Source of the DNA: a virus
Lineage: Duplodnaviria > Caudoviricetes
DNA length: 64,000 bases
Virus record (IMG/VR): IMGVR_UViG_3300031999_000006
Coordinates: 1 to 64,000 of that record
Direction: 5' to 3' (one strand)
Position 1 is the stretch's first letter; every line of letters starts with the position of its first letter. This document shows, piece after piece, positions 62,513 to 64,000 of this stretch. The notes beneath the pieces are model-generated. The model was not told the origin of the DNA. It did not search any database and saw only the letters and a program-made list of their open reading frames with translations. The position numbers were made by a program, and so were the translations under genes.

Positions 62513-63465
62513 TTCGATCCCAATCTTCCAAGGAACTCTGACTTGACCGCCGCCTCACGGAAGGATCCTCCAAGATAGTTGGTAAGCATCTTCACATTTT
62601 CCTTCTCAACTCCCCGAATCATCATGCACAAATGTACACCCTCCACCACTACTCCTACTCCAAGTGGAGAAACTATTTTCTCAAACTCACGACCAATCTG
62701 CATGGTCATCCGTTCTTGAATCTGAAGGCGACGAGAAAAGCAGTCCACCAGACGAGCGATCTTTGATACTCCAACGATTCGCTTATCCGGAATATAAGCA
62801 AAGTGTACCACGCCATAGAAGGGAAGCATGTGATGCTCACACATTGAGTAAAAGTGAATATCCCTTAGCATGATCATCTCATCGTATGACTCAGTTGAGA
62901 AAGCAGTACCTAGAATGGCTTCAGGATCCTGCCGGTACCCACTGGTCAACTCATTCCACATCTTGTCAATCCGCCGAGGAGTGTCACGAAGACCTTCTCG
63001 CATCGGATCCTCTCCGATTGATCGTAACAGAGTAATGGTTGCCTGCTTTCGTCCGCCGGCCTCATCAGAATCTGTCTCCCACGGAAACTGATACCAGACA
63101 TCCTTGGCCTTGTCCTCAGGTGTCTTGACGAATAAGGCATACGCCTTGAGATTCAACTTCCTTTTGGCGGCCTCGTCTTGGATGAACTGCAACGTAGCCC
63201 CTGAGTCCCAGATATCATCAATGACCAGGATCGCTTCGTCCTTGAACTCATCCATCCACTTGGTAGTGAAAGGATCAACGACCTTGAAGTCAAACCTCTT
63301 ACCGGTAATTGATGATAGGAGCGACTGAACCCTAATAGCGGGATAGATGCCTCCACGAGACACCCCCACGATCACGTCCGGAGGATACGGAACTTGCGTG
63401 TGCACCAGATCCTTCACCATCTCCCACACTTGATCAAAAGTCAGAAGTATCTTCTCCATGATCAA
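62509..63465 (-). CDS. folE: Phosphoribosyltransferase-GTP cyclohydrolase I fusion
   Basis: VGVSRGG, LVIDDIWDSGAT, FPWE (type I PRTase); REGLRDTPRR, SMCEHHMLPF, RRLQIQER, HLCM.IRG (FolE). Confidence 0.92.
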   Translation of the reverse strand: MIMEKILLTFDQVWEMVKDLVHTQVPYPPDVIVGVSRGGIYPAIRVQSLLSSITGKRFDFKVVDPFTTKWMDEFKDEAILVIDDIWDSGATLQFIQDEAAKRKLNLKAYALFVKTPEDKAKDVWYQFPWETDSDEAGGRKQATITLLRSIGEDPMREGLRDTPRRIDKMWNELTSGYRQDPEAILGTAFSTESYDEMIMLRDIHFYSMCEHHMLPFYGVVHFAYIPDKRIVGVSKIARLVDCFSRRLQIQERMTMQIGREFEKIVSPLGVGVVVEGVHLCMMIRGVEKENVKMLTNYLGGSFREAAVKSEFLGRLGSK

Positions 63466-64000
63466 TCCTCCATACCCGGCTCAACTATCAGACACTTTCC
63501 TTTGTTTACCTTTAGTGGAATACACCACTTGTCCGCCACCTCCCGACCGCCGGCCGAATAGATCCGGCAATCCTGATATCCATTGGTTGGCTCCGCCTTC
63601 GCCTCATCCTCTGACTGATTAAATGTCAGGATAATATCGGCATCCCGCATTGGTTCAATGGAGTCCCCAGAGTCCACCATTCCGATTACTTCCTTCTCTC
63701 CACCTCTGATTAATGTGCCACGGTTGGCCTGGTGAACCAACCAGATCGCAACATCATACTCTTGTGCGACTGCCAATAGCTCCTTTGTAATCTGTCCCAG
63801 TTTTGCATACTTACCGCCGTCACGATCAATAAGTTTTCCTGCGACTTCCATCAATCCCAGGTAGTCAAGCAATAGAACATCTATCCGAAGATTCTTCACG
63901 TTCCGAAGTTTTTGAAGATGGGCCTCGATGGTAGCGGCTGTGCACTTAAGAGGAGGAAAGTTCTTTATCACCAGTACTCCACACTGCATAGTTGCTAGCA
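63462..64000 (-). CDS. DnaB-like replicative helicase, C-terminal part (start outside window)
   Basis: LLLDYLGL, HQANR, DS......AD motifs; frame open to the window edge. Confidence 0.8.
   Translation of the reverse strand, partial: LATMQCGVLVIKNFPPLKCTAATIEAHLQKLRNVKNLRIDVLLLDYLGLMEVAGKLIDRDGGKYAKLGQITKELLAVAQEYDVAIWLVHQANRGTLIRGGEKEVIGMVDSGDSIEPMRDADIILTFNQSEDEAKAEPTNGYQDCRIYSAGGREVADKWCIPLKVNKGKCLIVEPGMED

Noticed and set aside
248-63328. All plus-strand ORFs in the track (e.g. 248-934, 18097-18855, 50703-51386)
   Set aside because: Antisense shadows of well-supported minus-strand genes, with no recognisable motifs.
1-64000. Stop-codon reassignment, introns or inteins
   Set aside because: TAA, TAG and TGA all terminate genes normally; TerL, PolA, RecA and capsid are uninterrupted with no intein motifs.
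1-64000. Prophage boundary, integrase or host chromosomal DNA
   Set aside because: No integrase, att site or host gene block seen; metabolic genes are overlap-coupled to phage replication genes.

Overview
A 64-kb segment of a large tailed bacteriophage genome (class Caudoviricetes; a bacterial host is inferred from amidase_3 and RlpA genes). Every credible gene is on the minus strand, densely packed with ATGA/TAATG overlaps. Transcription order, right to left: (1) end of a DnaB-like helicase; (2) an expanded 7-deazaguanine DNA-modification cluster (PRTase-FolE fusion, radical SAM, methyltransferase, SDR, GAT-QueC, a second QueC, DpdA-like transglycosylase), with QueE about 12 kb downstream; (3) a replication/recombination module (beta-clamp-like protein, UDG-PolA fusion, UvsY, gp32-like SSB, RecA, 5'-3' exonuclease, ThyX, SbcD/SbcC, resolvase, dATP/dGTP diphosphohydrolase, primase); (4) sigma-like and Mor-like regulators; (5) terminase, T4-type portal and a MuF head protein with an ADP-ribosyltransferase-like C-terminus; (6) about 12 kb of accessory genes, including a ~310-nt structured non-coding RNA candidate, an atypical tRNA(GUG), amidase, dCMP deaminase, RNA ligase and RlpA; (7) T4-type prohead protease and major capsid protein; (8) an 8-kb glycosyltransferase/methyltransferase/kinase/radical SAM cassette between capsid and neck genes; (9) LamG adhesin, neck and tail tube genes. 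The best candidates for undescribed biology are the deazaguanine pathway with extra tailoring enzymes, the putative virion glycan synthesis-and-capping cassette, the structured ncRNA and the MuF-ART effector. All calls come from motif recognition by eye; no database searches were run.
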